In this document: piece by piece, positions 1 through 9,237 of the stretch | How positions within the stretch are numbered: position 1 is the first letter of the stretch | How the letters are laid out: each line of letters starts with the position of its first letter | Source of the DNA: an uncultured Methanospirillum sp. | Lineage (GTDB): Archaea > Halobacteriota > Methanomicrobia > Methanomicrobiales > Methanospirillaceae | Assembly: GCA_964637135.1 (NCBI GenBank) | Contig: CAZWTX010000004.1 | Coordinates: forward strand, 62,001 to 124,153 | Direction: 5' to 3' | Length of the DNA: 62,153 nt | Made by a program: the position numbers and the translations under genes | The notes under the pieces: model-generated | What the model saw: the letters and a program-made list of their open reading frames with translations, nothing else | Told to the model about the DNA's origin: nothing | Database searches by the model: none

Positions 1-803
1 AGCAGTTCATTGTAATGCAGGACCGGGATGTTATAGACATCACCGAACTTCTCTTTGATCTCGATCTGACCACGATCAAACTGAAGCTGACAGAACGGAC
101 AAAGCTCGGTGATTGCATCGGTTCCGGCCTCACGCATGTTGATCAGTTTCTCATTGGTGATATCGAGGGCATGAGTAATGTCGTATCCACGAACACCGCC
201 ACCGGCACCGCAGCACTGCATCTTGTTGCGGTACTGGACAGATTCGCACCCGAGTGCATCAACGAGTTCTTCAAACCACATCGGGTTCTCAGTGTCACCA
301 AAGTGCCGATCTTTCTGTGGTTTCATCAGGTGGCAGCCATAGTGACAGGCGATCTTTGCTCCGGTGAGCGGGGTGGTTACGGAGTCGCGGATCTTCTGAA
401 TCCCACAAACCTTCTCGTCGTAATAGAGTTCTGCAAGATGGAAGACATCGATAGTACCCTTGTACTCCATATCAATCTCTTTCAACACCTCATTGACGCC
501 ATTGCGAAGATCCGGGTTGTGCTTGAGGATATGGTTGACTTCCCAGATGGACTTGTAACATCCATTACAGATGAGGGCAATGTCCTTTTTCATCTCCTCT
601 GCAAGACAGAGATTCCGGGCAGCCATAGCATACCAGACATTCAGATCAATGGAACCGAATGCACCGGGAGCCGGACAGCAGCTCGCTCCCTTAAGCGGGA
701 GGAGTTTGATACCGACCTTTTCACTGGTCTTGATTGCTGATGCCTCACAGCCTGGGTACCGGTTCGGAGCGATACATCCTAGGAAAAATGCATATTCGTG
801 CAC
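1..803 (-). CDS. hdrB: Heterodisulfide reductase subunit B (3' end runs off the window)
   Basis: Absent from the ORF track. Manual translation from GTG at 803 gives MHEYAFFLGCIAPNRYPGCEASAIKTSEKVGIKLLPLKGASCCPAPGAFGS, a CCG-domain HdrB N-terminus. Starts 3 nt after the hdrC stop. Confidence 0.93.
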   Translation of the reverse strand, partial: MHEYAFFLGCIAPNRYPGCEASAIKTSEKVGIKLLPLKGASCCPAPGAFGSIDLNVWYAMAARNLCLAEEMKKDIALICNGCYKSIWEVNHILKHNPDLRNGVNEVLKEIDMEYKGTIDVFHLAELYYDEKVCGIQKIRDSVTTPLTGAKIACHYGCHLMKPQKDRHFGDTENPMWFEELVDALGCESVQYRNKMQCCGAGGGVRGYDITHALDITNEKLINMREAGTDAITELCPFCQLQFDRGQIEIKEKFGDVYNIPVLHYNEL

Positions 804-806
804 GCT

Positions 807-1382
807 TTAGTCCCCCTTGAGGATACGGTCAGCATTTTCTTTCAGTTTGTAGTGATCCAGTAACTTCTGAATTCCCTTGATAAACTCGGGATACATGTGT
901 GTCGTCGGCGGGTCAGCAGTCAGACCCAGTTTGAGCCGGGCAGCCCGGTTGACATCGTTGTTCGGAACACCATGACCGGAGTTGTAAATCAACTGGACGG
1001 TCTGAAGGAAGTTCTTGGGAACAATATCACGTTTGAATGCAAGGTTTCTCATTGCCATTATCACATCGGTCGGGGCAATGTCACGCGGGCAACGGTCAGT
1101 ACAGGAGTAACAAGTGGTACATAACCAGAGATCCGGGTCGGTAAGTGCTTCGTTTTCAAGTCCAAGCACATTTCGGCGCATAAACAGGCGAATCCGGTAA
1201 GTGCTGCGGGGTGCAGATGGACAGGAGCCGGTACAGGTACCACACTGGTAGCACATGTTGGCTATTGTGCGGCTTGTCTTCAGAACATCCTTGGAAAACT
1301 GTGGGTTGGAATCGGTGATATGATATCTCTGGTCTGCCAGTTTCTTGTTGAGTTCAGGGTTATCGTATGATTTTGCTGCCAT
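807..1382 (-). CDS. hdrC: Heterodisulfide reductase subunit C
   Basis: CYQCGTCTGSCP and WLCTTCYSCTDRCPR 2x[4Fe-4S] motifs; directly upstream of hdrB. Confidence 0.95.
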   Translation of the reverse strand: MAAKSYDNPELNKKLADQRYHITDSNPQFSKDVLKTSRTIANMCYQCGTCTGSCPSAPRSTYRIRLFMRRNVLGLENEALTDPDLWLCTTCYSCTDRCPRDIAPTDVIMAMRNLAFKRDIVPKNFLQTVQLIYNSGHGVPNNDVNRAARLKLGLTADPPTTHMYPEFIKGIQKLLDHYKLKENADRILKGD

Positions 1383-1393
1383 TTCGATTCTCC

Positions 1394-2560
1394 TTACTGG
1401 CTAACCACCTTTAGTTCGACTGATCCTACGGACTGTGCATTCTCCACAACCCTGGATGTCCGTGGGGTACAGAGCTTGGCCTTGATCTTCTTGAAGAGAT
1501 CCGTTTCCTTGCCTTTCATCCGTACGCTGTCACGGCGGAGATAAATGATATCCTCACCGGGGCACGCATGGACACAGGCACCACACAGGATACAGAAGTC
1601 CTGGTTTACCGCAATATTTGGTTCGATAACACCCTTCATGTCCCGTGCTGCCTTTGGAGTTGGCATGTAGATGGCATTTGCTGGACAGACATCAACACAG
1701 GTTGAACATCCTCCAGGGCATTTCTCCGGGTGGAAGGTGATCTCTCCCTCGAAGATCTTGTTAACGGTAATTGCCTCTGTCGGACAGTTGATTGCACACC
1801 AGCGACAGGTACAACAGTCTTCGTCGATGATCTCAACAGACCCAAGGTTTCTCTTCCCATTGACCGTACGGGTTACCGTGATAGCATCATTCGGGCAGGC
1901 CTCTGCACAGACATTACAGCCATCGCAATATGCTTCGTCCCAGAGCACCTGTCCCTCTACCTTTCCGGTTTCAGGGGTGAACGGTTTGTGAATGACCTCG
2001 ATAGCCTCACAGAGATTGCCGCAGATACCACATTTGGTACATTTCTCGTCGTCGACCTTGAATTCAACGGTCAGGTTGATTCCCTGGCCTTTTGCAAGAC
2101 CATCCTTATCCTGACCTTCAAAGAGGGGGACATCACGGTCGATTGCATCACGTGGGCAGACATCTGAACAGATGTTGCAGCGGACACATTTCTCCTGGTC
2201 GATTTTCGTTCCCTTGTCATATGTCGGGAAACCTTCTTTCTCAAGAATCGGGAGCTTCTCCTCGCCGTCTATCTTCAGGGCAAGGGCAGAGAACGGACAC
2301 ATGATGACACAGACACCACAGTACGAACACTTGGTCTCGTCGACGTGGATGCTTGCTGCATCATTGATAAGTCCTCTCCGGACTCCTCCGACTGCTCCGA
2401 CAACAATAGCTTCTTCCGGGCAGACTTCTGAACAGATTCCGCAACCGGTACAGATATCGTTGTCGAGGATCAGGTTGTTGACCTGTTGGAGGAGCCGCTG
2501 CTCCATTATCACCTTGGACCCGTCCTGGGTCTTGGAGTACTTCGGAAACAGTGTTGACAT
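1394..2560 (-). CDS. fmdF: Polyferredoxin, formylmethanofuran dehydrogenase subunit F
   Basis: Eight CxxCxxCxxxC(P) motifs; ATG at 2560 preceded by GAGGT; lies between fmdG and hdrC. Confidence 0.85.
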   Translation of the reverse strand: MSTLFPKYSKTQDGSKVIMEQRLLQQVNNLILDNDICTGCGICSEVCPEEAIVVGAVGGVRRGLINDAASIHVDETKCSYCGVCVIMCPFSALALKIDGEEKLPILEKEGFPTYDKGTKIDQEKCVRCNICSDVCPRDAIDRDVPLFEGQDKDGLAKGQGINLTVEFKVDDEKCTKCGICGNLCEAIEVIHKPFTPETGKVEGQVLWDEAYCDGCNVCAEACPNDAITVTRTVNGKRNLGSVEIIDEDCCTCRWCAINCPTEAITVNKIFEGEITFHPEKCPGGCSTCVDVCPANAIYMPTPKAARDMKGVIEPNIAVNQDFCILCGACVHACPGEDIIYLRRDSVRMKGKETDLFKKIKAKLCTPRTSRVVENAQSVGSVELKVVSQ

Positions 2561-2618
2561 TAAGATACCTCGCACATGTTCGCTAATTCAATTCTGAACG
2601 CATGTACCTGTGAAACCC

Positions 2619-2876
2619 TTATGCAGGGACACCTTCAGGTTTCTGACCTGACAGTACAATCACATCGTATGGGCACGCATCGACACAGATCCCGCAACCG
2701 GCACAGAGTTCATGCTTGACATCAAGGATGACAGCGTCACCATTGATGACTTTGTAGATCTTGTTGGTTGAAGCGGGGTTTACTGTGAAGAGCTCCAGGG
2801 CGTTGACCGGACAAGCCACCACACAATTGTTGCAGCCGGTACAGCGTTCCATGTTCACATGAAGTGCAAATGCCAT
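2619..2876 (-). CDS. fmdG: Formylmethanofuran dehydrogenase subunit G (2x[4Fe-4S] ferredoxin)
   Basis: MAFALHVNMERCTGCNNCVVACP...CAGCGICVDACP; start placed at ATG 2876. Confidence 0.85.
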   Translation of the reverse strand: MAFALHVNMERCTGCNNCVVACPVNALELFTVNPASTNKIYKVINGDAVILDVKHELCAGCGICVDACPYDVIVLSGQKPEGVPA

Positions 2877-3521
2877 TCTATCGCACCAGCCTGATCGATT
2901 AAAAATCGACTGAACAAAGGTTGTGAGAAAATATAGATAAAGGTTCTGAAGTTTCCTGCGATTTTTTTCCAAAACCGATAGCCAATGTTAGATTTTAAAT
3001 TTTAACAACACGACAATGTAAACATAAACTCACCATCATTTTCAGAATTATTCTCATGATTAATCATGATATTAGAATTTTGCGGATCAGTTATCATCTC
3101 TTCGGATATCCCGGTAAAACCAAAACAATGGATAATGACCGGTTTGTTTTAGGATGCCCCCAGGCCAGTATCGTCTAATCCGTCCATTTATGGATATTTT
3201 TTCAGATAAGTGTCACAATGGGGTGATTTTACCGGGCGGTGAGATAGTGGGATTCATTTCCTCTGAAATATGCCCATATTTCTTCTATGCGTGATGATAT
3301 CTTCGATCCTAAAGGCAAAGCAGGGTATATCTTTGAGATATCCGATACCGATTGCCTCCCTCCTGCTCTGAAAAAGATCACCTGCCGCAGTTGATTTCGA
3401 TGAATTGTGATTGCTTGTAAAAAAGCAGGATATATATTCGGTACTGCCCACCGAAAATAATCAATCTTTCCGGCACAGATGGAACTATTATACCTTCAAT
3501 CTGGTAGAGTATTATTCAGTT

Positions 3522-5594
3522 ATGACATTATCAGAGGTGACAACTATCTGTCCGTACTGTGGGACCGGTTGTTCCCTGAACCTGGTAGTCAGGGACGGCC
3601 GGGTTATCGGCACATCCCCCTATTTTCGATCGCCGGTTAACGGGGGACGGCTCTGTCCGAAGGGGACTTACTGTCACCAGTTCATCCATCATGCTGAACG
3701 ACTGAAAAAGCCCCTTATCCGGAAAGGTGATATTTTTTACGAGACTGACTGGGATGTTGCCTTTGAATACATGGTCAGCCGGTTGGGGAAACACCTTCCT
3801 GAAGAGATGGCCGTCCTGACCTCAGCCCGGTGTTCCAACGAAGACAATTATATCGCGATGAAATTTGCACGGGGAGTGCTGAAAACGAGGCATGTGGATC
3901 ATTGTGCCCGTCTCTGCCATTCTTCAACCATGGCCGGACTGCTCCATGCCTTTGGGAATGGTTCGATGACTAACTCCATTCCTGACATCGGGGCTGCTGA
4001 CTGTATTCTCTGCCTGGGAAGTAACACCTTCGAGCAACATCCCCTTGTCGGCAGGCAGATTATCCGTGCCAGGCAAAGGGGTGCAACCCTGATCTATGCT
4101 GATCCCCGATATACTCCGACAGCGATACAGGCAGATATTTTTCTTCAGTATTATTCAGGCAGTGATGTATTAATCCTGAACGCGATCATGGGTGAGATCA
4201 TCAGGAATGGCGATGAAGACAAGGTTTTCATCAGAAATCGGACCACCGGGTACGAATCCCTCAGAAAACTGGTTCTCAATCCCAGGTATGAACCTGATTC
4301 TGTTGCTGAACTTGCCGGGGTTCCTGCCGGGATGGTGTGTGATGCAGCAGAGAGGATAGGAAAGGCAGAGCGCTGTTGCATTCTCTATGCAATGGGGACA
4401 TCACAACATGTCACCGGGATAGATAATGTCCATGCAATAGCAAACCTGATGCTCCTGACCGGAAACCTTGGAAGACCCGGCACCGGGGTGAATGCCCTCC
4501 GTGGTCAGAATAATGTCCAAGGAGCCTGTGATGTCGGATGTCTTCCCGATTACTACCCCGGGTATATCCCGGTAACGGATCGGTCGGCACACCAAAACCT
4601 GGAGCAGATATGGGGATTTCCCGATGGGATCTCTGAACCGCATGACGGGTATGGGATCACGACCCTCTTTGAGAAACTCCGCTGTCATGCCCCTGAAATC
4701 AGGGTATTGTACCTGATCGGGGTCAATCCACTTGTATCAGAACCAAATCTGGCTGCAGTTGAGGCGGGATTAAAAAAACTGGATCTCCTGATCGTTCAGG
4801 ATATCTTCTTCACCGAGACCTGTCAGCAGGCAGATGTTGTCCTTCCGGCAGCCTGTTTTGCTGAGAAAGATGGAACACAGACGAATACCGAGCGTCGTGT
4901 CCAGCGGATCAGAAAAGCAGTTCATCCACCGGGAGAGGCAAAATCTGACTGGATGATCATCAGTGAACTGGCCGCCCGCATGGGATACGGTGATCAGTTC
5001 TCCTACCCGTCAGCGAAAGAGGTCTTTACCGAGATATGCCGGGTAATTCCCCAGTATAGAGGAATGACCTATGAACAGGTCGGACTTCCGGATGGTATCT
5101 GCTGGCCATGTCCTGATCCAGACCACCCGGGGACACCGGTTCTGTATGAGGAGTTTTTTGACACTCCGGATGGGAAAGGCCATTTCTGCCCGGTGGAATG
5201 GAAAGAACCCCCGGAAAAACCAGACAAGGAATTCCCGTTCCGATTGACCACCGGCCGGGTCATCTGGCATGGTCAGTCCGGGACGATGACCCGGCGATCA
5301 GAGAGTCTTGCCGATGAAATTACTGAAGGATACATTGAGGTGAACGGTGAGGATGCAGCCCCCCTCGGCATCCGGGATGGTGATCGTGTCAGGATAACCT
5401 CCCGGCGGGGATCAGTAGAATGTCTGGTACGGATTACCCGGGATATCCGGCGCGGAATGGTTTTTATGCCGTTTCATTTTGCAGAAACTGCGGCGAACCG
5501 TCTCACGAGTGATGTGCTGGATCCGGTGGCCGGGATCCCTGAGTACAAGGCAACCGTTGTCTCCATCGGACGAATCGGGAGGTCCGGGCTGTGA
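3522..5594 (+). CDS. fdhA: Formate dehydrogenase alpha subunit (Cys-type, Mo/W-bisPGD), copy 1
   Basis: CPYCGTGC...LCPKG, CARLCH active site, LRGQNNVQGACD, EKDGTQTNTERR; start moved to ATG 3522. Confidence 0.93.
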   Translation: MTLSEVTTICPYCGTGCSLNLVVRDGRVIGTSPYFRSPVNGGRLCPKGTYCHQFIHHAERLKKPLIRKGDIFYETDWDVAFEYMVSRLGKHLPEEMAVLTSARCSNEDNYIAMKFARGVLKTRHVDHCARLCHSSTMAGLLHAFGNGSMTNSIPDIGAADCILCLGSNTFEQHPLVGRQIIRARQRGATLIYADPRYTPTAIQADIFLQYYSGSDVLILNAIMGEIIRNGDEDKVFIRNRTTGYESLRKLVLNPRYEPDSVAELAGVPAGMVCDAAERIGKAERCCILYAMGTSQHVTGIDNVHAIANLMLLTGNLGRPGTGVNALRGQNNVQGACDVGCLPDYYPGYIPVTDRSAHQNLEQIWGFPDGISEPHDGYGITTLFEKLRCHAPEIRVLYLIGVNPLVSEPNLAAVEAGLKKLDLLIVQDIFFTETCQQADVVLPAACFAEKDGTQTNTERRVQRIRKAVHPPGEAKSDWMIISELAARMGYGDQFSYPSAKEVFTEICRVIPQYRGMTYEQVGLPDGICWPCPDPDHPGTPVLYEEFFDTPDGKGHFCPVEWKEPPEKPDKEFPFRLTTGRVIWHGQSGTMTRRSESLADEITEGYIEVNGEDAAPLGIRDGDRVRITSRRGSVECLVRITRDIRRGMVFMPFHFAETAANRLTSDVLDPVAGIPEYKATVVSIGRIGRSGL

Positions 5595-6841
5595 TACGAC
5601 AGGGGGATGTCTATTATGCATGGGCAACTGATCCTACAGTCAGGGGGGCCGGAACCTGTGGAGGCTTTGTTACCGGAATCCTGATACACCTTCTGGAATC
5701 ATGCACGGTTGATGCTGTTATCGGAGTGAGAACGGGGGCCGATATCTATGATGCCACGCTTGCCATTATGGAAACTCCTGAAGCGGTGAGGTCTTCTGCA
5801 GGAACGCTCTACTGCGGAACCCTGCTCGTAACCAAACTGCTGATCCGGTATCTCGAAGGAAATGCAGGGAAGAAACTTGCCGTTGTGGTCAAGGGATGTG
5901 ATGCAAAGGCAATTATCGAAATGTCGAAACGAAACCGGATTGATCTTGATGATATCCTTCTCATCGGGCTGACCTGTAGCGGAACGATAAGTCCGGTAAA
6001 TGCCCGGGAGATGGCATCCCATATGTTTGGAATCAATCCTGGCGATGTCACTGGTATTGAACTCTCCCAGGGTCAGTGCATTCTCCGGCATTCCGGTGGA
6101 GAAAAGGGAATCCCGATTGAGGATCTGGAAAAGGAGGGATATGGGAGACATCCCTGCTGCCAGCGATGCCTGACCCGGGTACCCCGGCAGTGTGATCTCG
6201 TCTGTGGTTCATGGGGGGTGACGGGGGAGTATGCTGGAAACACCACTTTTATAGAGGTTTGTTCAAAAAAGGGAGCTGAAACCCTTCAGAAGGCAGCCCG
6301 GGCAGGAGCAGTCGGTATCGAACCTCCTGGTGAGAAGGCAATAGAGATCAGGAAGCAGGTTGAAGAGGCGATGATGAAACTCAGCAGAAACAACCGGGCT
6401 GCACAGTTCTATGAGGCTGGCTATGGGCAACAGTTACTCGACCGGATGATGACCGAGATGTCACGGTGTATCAAATGTTACCAGTGTTCTGAGGCCTGTC
6501 CGCTCTGCATGTGCAGGGAGTGCCAGACGAAAAAACCCTGGTTGGTTAAACCGGGCCAGGTTCCTCCCCCGTTCATGTTTCATCTCATCCGAATCTCCCA
6601 TATAGCCGATTCATGCGTCAATTGCGGACAATGTGAAGACCGTTGCCCGATGGAGATCCGAAATTCCCTCTTCATGAACCGCCTTCAGGATGAACTTGAA
6701 CTGATGTTCGGGTACCACCCCGGAGAAAGAGCCGGGCGACCGGTTGTTGCGAGGGTCAATGAGTTGGAGGAATGGGAACACCATTATTCAGGCATATCCG
6801 GAAGAGAATACCCGTTCTTCCCGGAAAAAAGGAGCCGATGA
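5591..6841 (+). CDS. fdhB: F420-dependent formate dehydrogenase beta subunit, copy 1
   Basis: GTCGGFVT, KGCD, CIKCYQCSEACPLCMCREC, SCVNCGQCEDRCP; GTGA overlap with fdhA. Confidence 0.92.
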   Translation: MIRQGDVYYAWATDPTVRGAGTCGGFVTGILIHLLESCTVDAVIGVRTGADIYDATLAIMETPEAVRSSAGTLYCGTLLVTKLLIRYLEGNAGKKLAVVVKGCDAKAIIEMSKRNRIDLDDILLIGLTCSGTISPVNAREMASHMFGINPGDVTGIELSQGQCILRHSGGEKGIPIEDLEKEGYGRHPCCQRCLTRVPRQCDLVCGSWGVTGEYAGNTTFIEVCSKKGAETLQKAARAGAVGIEPPGEKAIEIRKQVEEAMMKLSRNNRAAQFYEAGYGQQLLDRMMTEMSRCIKCYQCSEACPLCMCRECQTKKPWLVKPGQVPPPFMFHLIRISHIADSCVNCGQCEDRCPMEIRNSLFMNRLQDELELMFGYHPGERAGRPVVARVNELEEWEHHYSGISGREYPFFPEKRSR

Positions 6842-6958
6842 CTTCCCGGTTTGGTAATCTCGTTTAGGAGTACGGAAGTGAGTGATCCGGGGTATCCCCT
6901 GGAATCTTCACCCTCCCGGTGATTTCCAAAAATGGATTAGGAAGTAATTTTGCTGTAT

Positions 6959-7498
6959 TTATACTGGAATCCCGCAATACATCAGCATTTCCTCCTGAGT
7001 AATCTGGTAGTTCCATTTTTTGCGGGAGAAGAGGTCAGAGAGATAGCAGATTGAAAGGGGGATCGGGAGACCGTAAATCCTTGCATAACTCACCTCAGGC
7101 AGGTCACGTCCTGAAAAATTACGGATGGTTCCTCGGTCAACGATGACCCCGATCTCCTGCAGTATTCTTGAAGTATGGTTGAACGGATGAATTCGGGAGA
7201 TAGCCACGCAGAGGTCAATTACCGGTGATCCGAATTTCGTTTCAGGATAAAACGGTGCCCGGGCATAACAGAGTTTTCCACAGTTCCTGCAATAGTATCG
7301 TGAGACCCGGACACTAATGATCCGCTTCTCCCCGTTTTCTACGACCGTGGCAAATCTTTTTGCCCGGATATCGTGAAAACGTACCGGTCCTGAACAGTGC
7401 GGGCATTCGGTCAGGATTGTAAACTCCGTGCCATCCATTCCGGTAAGTGCCGTAATGACAACACCGGAAATGATGGATGGGATTTTTATTGCTTTCAC
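6959..7498 (-). CDS. Zinc-ribbon (2x CxxC) plus HTH-like hypothetical protein; paralogue of 26315-26863
   Basis: CPHC...RYYCRNC...PFY...FGSPVIDLC...GVIVDRGT, aligning end to end with the second copy. Confidence 0.8.
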   Translation of the reverse strand: MKAIKIPSIISGVVITALTGMDGTEFTILTECPHCSGPVRFHDIRAKRFATVVENGEKRIISVRVSRYYCRNCGKLCYARAPFYPETKFGSPVIDLCVAISRIHPFNHTSRILQEIGVIVDRGTIRNFSGRDLPEVSYARIYGLPIPLSICYLSDLFSRKKWNYQITQEEMLMYCGIPV

Positions 7499-7583
7499 GG
7501 GTATTCAGTCCGCGGATAAGGTATACCTGGGATGATTATATGGGATCATGTCGGGCAGAATCACCCGGTTTCAGGTGATAAAA

Positions 7584-7605
7584 CGGGGGGTGATCATACC
7601 CCCCG
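7584..7605. other. Perfect 8-bp GC hairpin downstream of the coiled-coil operon (possible terminator or processing site)
   Basis: CGGGGGGT-gatcat-ACCCCCCG. Confidence 0.4.
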
Positions 7606-7666
7606 GTATCCGGTTCTCTTCCTTGGAAAAAGCGAATGAGAAGGGTAGGGAATAAAAAAATGGCCG

Positions 7667-8044
7667 TTATTCCCCTTCTCTCTCTTCGCATATTCCCTGA
7701 CATTCTCCGGGATCAGATCCTGCCGGGATGAGATCCCCCTGGTCGAGGAGCATCAGGTTCATGATCCCGCTGCAGGAATTACAGAGATAATATCGTCCAT
7801 TCCAGCAGTTTTCACAGGCCCACCTCCCACAGATGACGCACTGGCGATGATCCGAGAGTCTTCCCGGCCGGTGACAGAGATCACAGATGTACCGGGAGAA
7901 CGACTCGCCGTCATGTGATGGTGGCTCATTCTGTTTTCGAACCAGCCTGATCTCCCGTTTCAGCCGGGAATAGATGTCTCTCTCTCCGGAATTACTTTTT
8001 TCTGGTTTCCAGGGTGGATTCAAGTGCATTAAGCCTTGCCTCAA
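7667..8044 (-). CDS. Cys-rich zinc-finger protein (4x CxxC), last gene of the unknown operon; start uncertain
   Basis: CDLC...CVIC...CENC...CNSC; overlaps the upstream gene. Confidence 0.7.
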   Translation of the reverse strand: MRQGLMHLNPPWKPEKSNSGERDIYSRLKREIRLVRKQNEPPSHDGESFSRYICDLCHRPGRLSDHRQCVICGRWACENCWNGRYYLCNSCSGIMNLMLLDQGDLIPAGSDPGECQGICEEREGE

Positions 8045-8339
8045 GATCGTTCAGGGTATTGGTTATCCTGGATTCTGACGCATGCATGGTTCGTATCTGT
8101 TCCTCGTCGCGTTCCAGAACTGCATTCTTTGACTCGGTAAACCGTTTCATTCGGGGACGCTGGACGAGATCCCATTCCTCGATCAGGCGTTCGAACCGCC
8201 GGTCGAGATACTCGTCGATACGGCTTTCCACCGGTCGCCGAAGAGAGATCCGTCGTGATGATCCCTGGAAAAACCAGTAAATCAGGAATGCAGCGACCAG
8301 GACAACGAGGATGATCAGGAGAATCTCGATGAGGGTCAT
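7992..8339 (-). CDS. Membrane-anchored coiled-coil protein
   Basis: N-terminal hydrophobic helix, IDEYLDRRFERLIEEWDLV, heptad C-terminus; ATGA overlap. Confidence 0.85.
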   Translation of the reverse strand: MTLIEILLIILVVLVAAFLIYWFFQGSSRRISLRRPVESRIDEYLDRRFERLIEEWDLVQRPRMKRFTESKNAVLERDEEQIRTMHASESRITNTLNDLEARLNALESTLETRKK

Positions 8340-8557
8340 GGCTGTCTCTCCTTCAGTTTCCTGACCCGCTCTTCCATGTCAGTAATCCTTTTATTCGTCA
8401 TCTGTTCGAATGACTTCAACTCAGCGACGTCAGCCTGAACGGTCTTGAACCTGGCAATCAGATCCTTGAAATCACCTTTCGTGGAGAGTTGCCAGTCATC
8501 GATAATGCTCCCCATCCGGCGATCGAGATAAGCACTCATATACGAGTTTAATTTCAT
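8336..8557 (-). CDS. Small coiled-coil protein
   Basis: MSAYLDRRMGSIIDDWQLS motif plus heptads; ATGA overlaps on both sides. Confidence 0.85.
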   Translation of the reverse strand: MKLNSYMSAYLDRRMGSIIDDWQLSTKGDFKDLIARFKTVQADVAELKSFEQMTNKRITDMEERVRKLKERQP

Positions 8558-8859
8558 TTCTTATCCTCCAGGTCACTGACCGCGTCGGATAATCCCTTGA
8601 TCCGCTGTTCAATGCTCGAACGTTCCGCAACGAGACGTCCTACTTCATATGAGAGGTAATCGATCTTCCGGGATATGAGATCAAGATCGGTCCCGGTAAC
8701 GAGTCCCCACTCTTCCATGATCAGTTCGAGATTGTTCTCAAAGTAGGAATCGATCGTTCTGTCAAAGGTAGGAACGCTTTTCACAAATTCCTCACCGGTT
8801 CTGGAAATGTTTTGCCAGACCTGTTCTGCTTGTGATGATACCTGATACATCCCAATCAC
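8554..8859 (-). CDS. Small coiled-coil protein
   Basis: IDSYFENNLELIMEEWGLV motif plus heptads; 4-nt overlaps with neighbours. Confidence 0.85.
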   Translation of the reverse strand: MIGMYQVSSQAEQVWQNISRTGEEFVKSVPTFDRTIDSYFENNLELIMEEWGLVTGTDLDLISRKIDYLSYEVGRLVAERSSIEQRIKGLSDAVSDLEDKK

Positions 8860-9236
8860 ACCAGTTTCTTCTCTTCTTCGGCGATCTTCTCGATCATCAG
8901 ATCCAGTTTCTCTCGTTTTACGGTATTTTCAAGCCGGCGAATCCTTCCCTCAACCATCTTCTGTTTCATGAAGATGTCAGATTCAACCTTCGCATTTGTC
9001 TCTTCGATCTCGCTCAGAGCACCCAGTTGATCAGGAGATAACCGGAGAGACGGGTCCCTCATGGAACCCTGTTCCGATTTTAGCACGCTTAGCTTCTCCC
9101 GTTCTAGTTCTATTTCCAGTTTGCGGGAATTTGTCTTCATCAGCCGGATTTCGCGGACCATGAGAAGGAGGATCAGGAGCACCCCGAAAAGGATGGCTAC
9201 TCCGATGAGCCCGTCCTGGGTAAAGGTAATCTCCAT
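8856..9236 (-). CDS. Membrane-anchored coiled-coil protein
   Basis: GLIGVAILFGVLLILLLMV TM helix followed by charged heptad segments. Confidence 0.85.
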   Translation of the reverse strand: MEITFTQDGLIGVAILFGVLLILLLMVREIRLMKTNSRKLEIELEREKLSVLKSEQGSMRDPSLRLSPDQLGALSEIEETNAKVESDIFMKQKMVEGRIRRLENTVKREKLDLMIEKIAEEEKKLV

Positions 9237-9237
9237 C

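Noticed and set aside
15..740. 241-aa plus-strand ORF
   Set aside because: Antisense shadow of hdrB, which is clearly encoded on the minus strand.
6959..7498. Active IS element (also 26315-26863)
   Set aside because: No catalytic domain or visible terminal repeats, and the two copies are strongly diverged.
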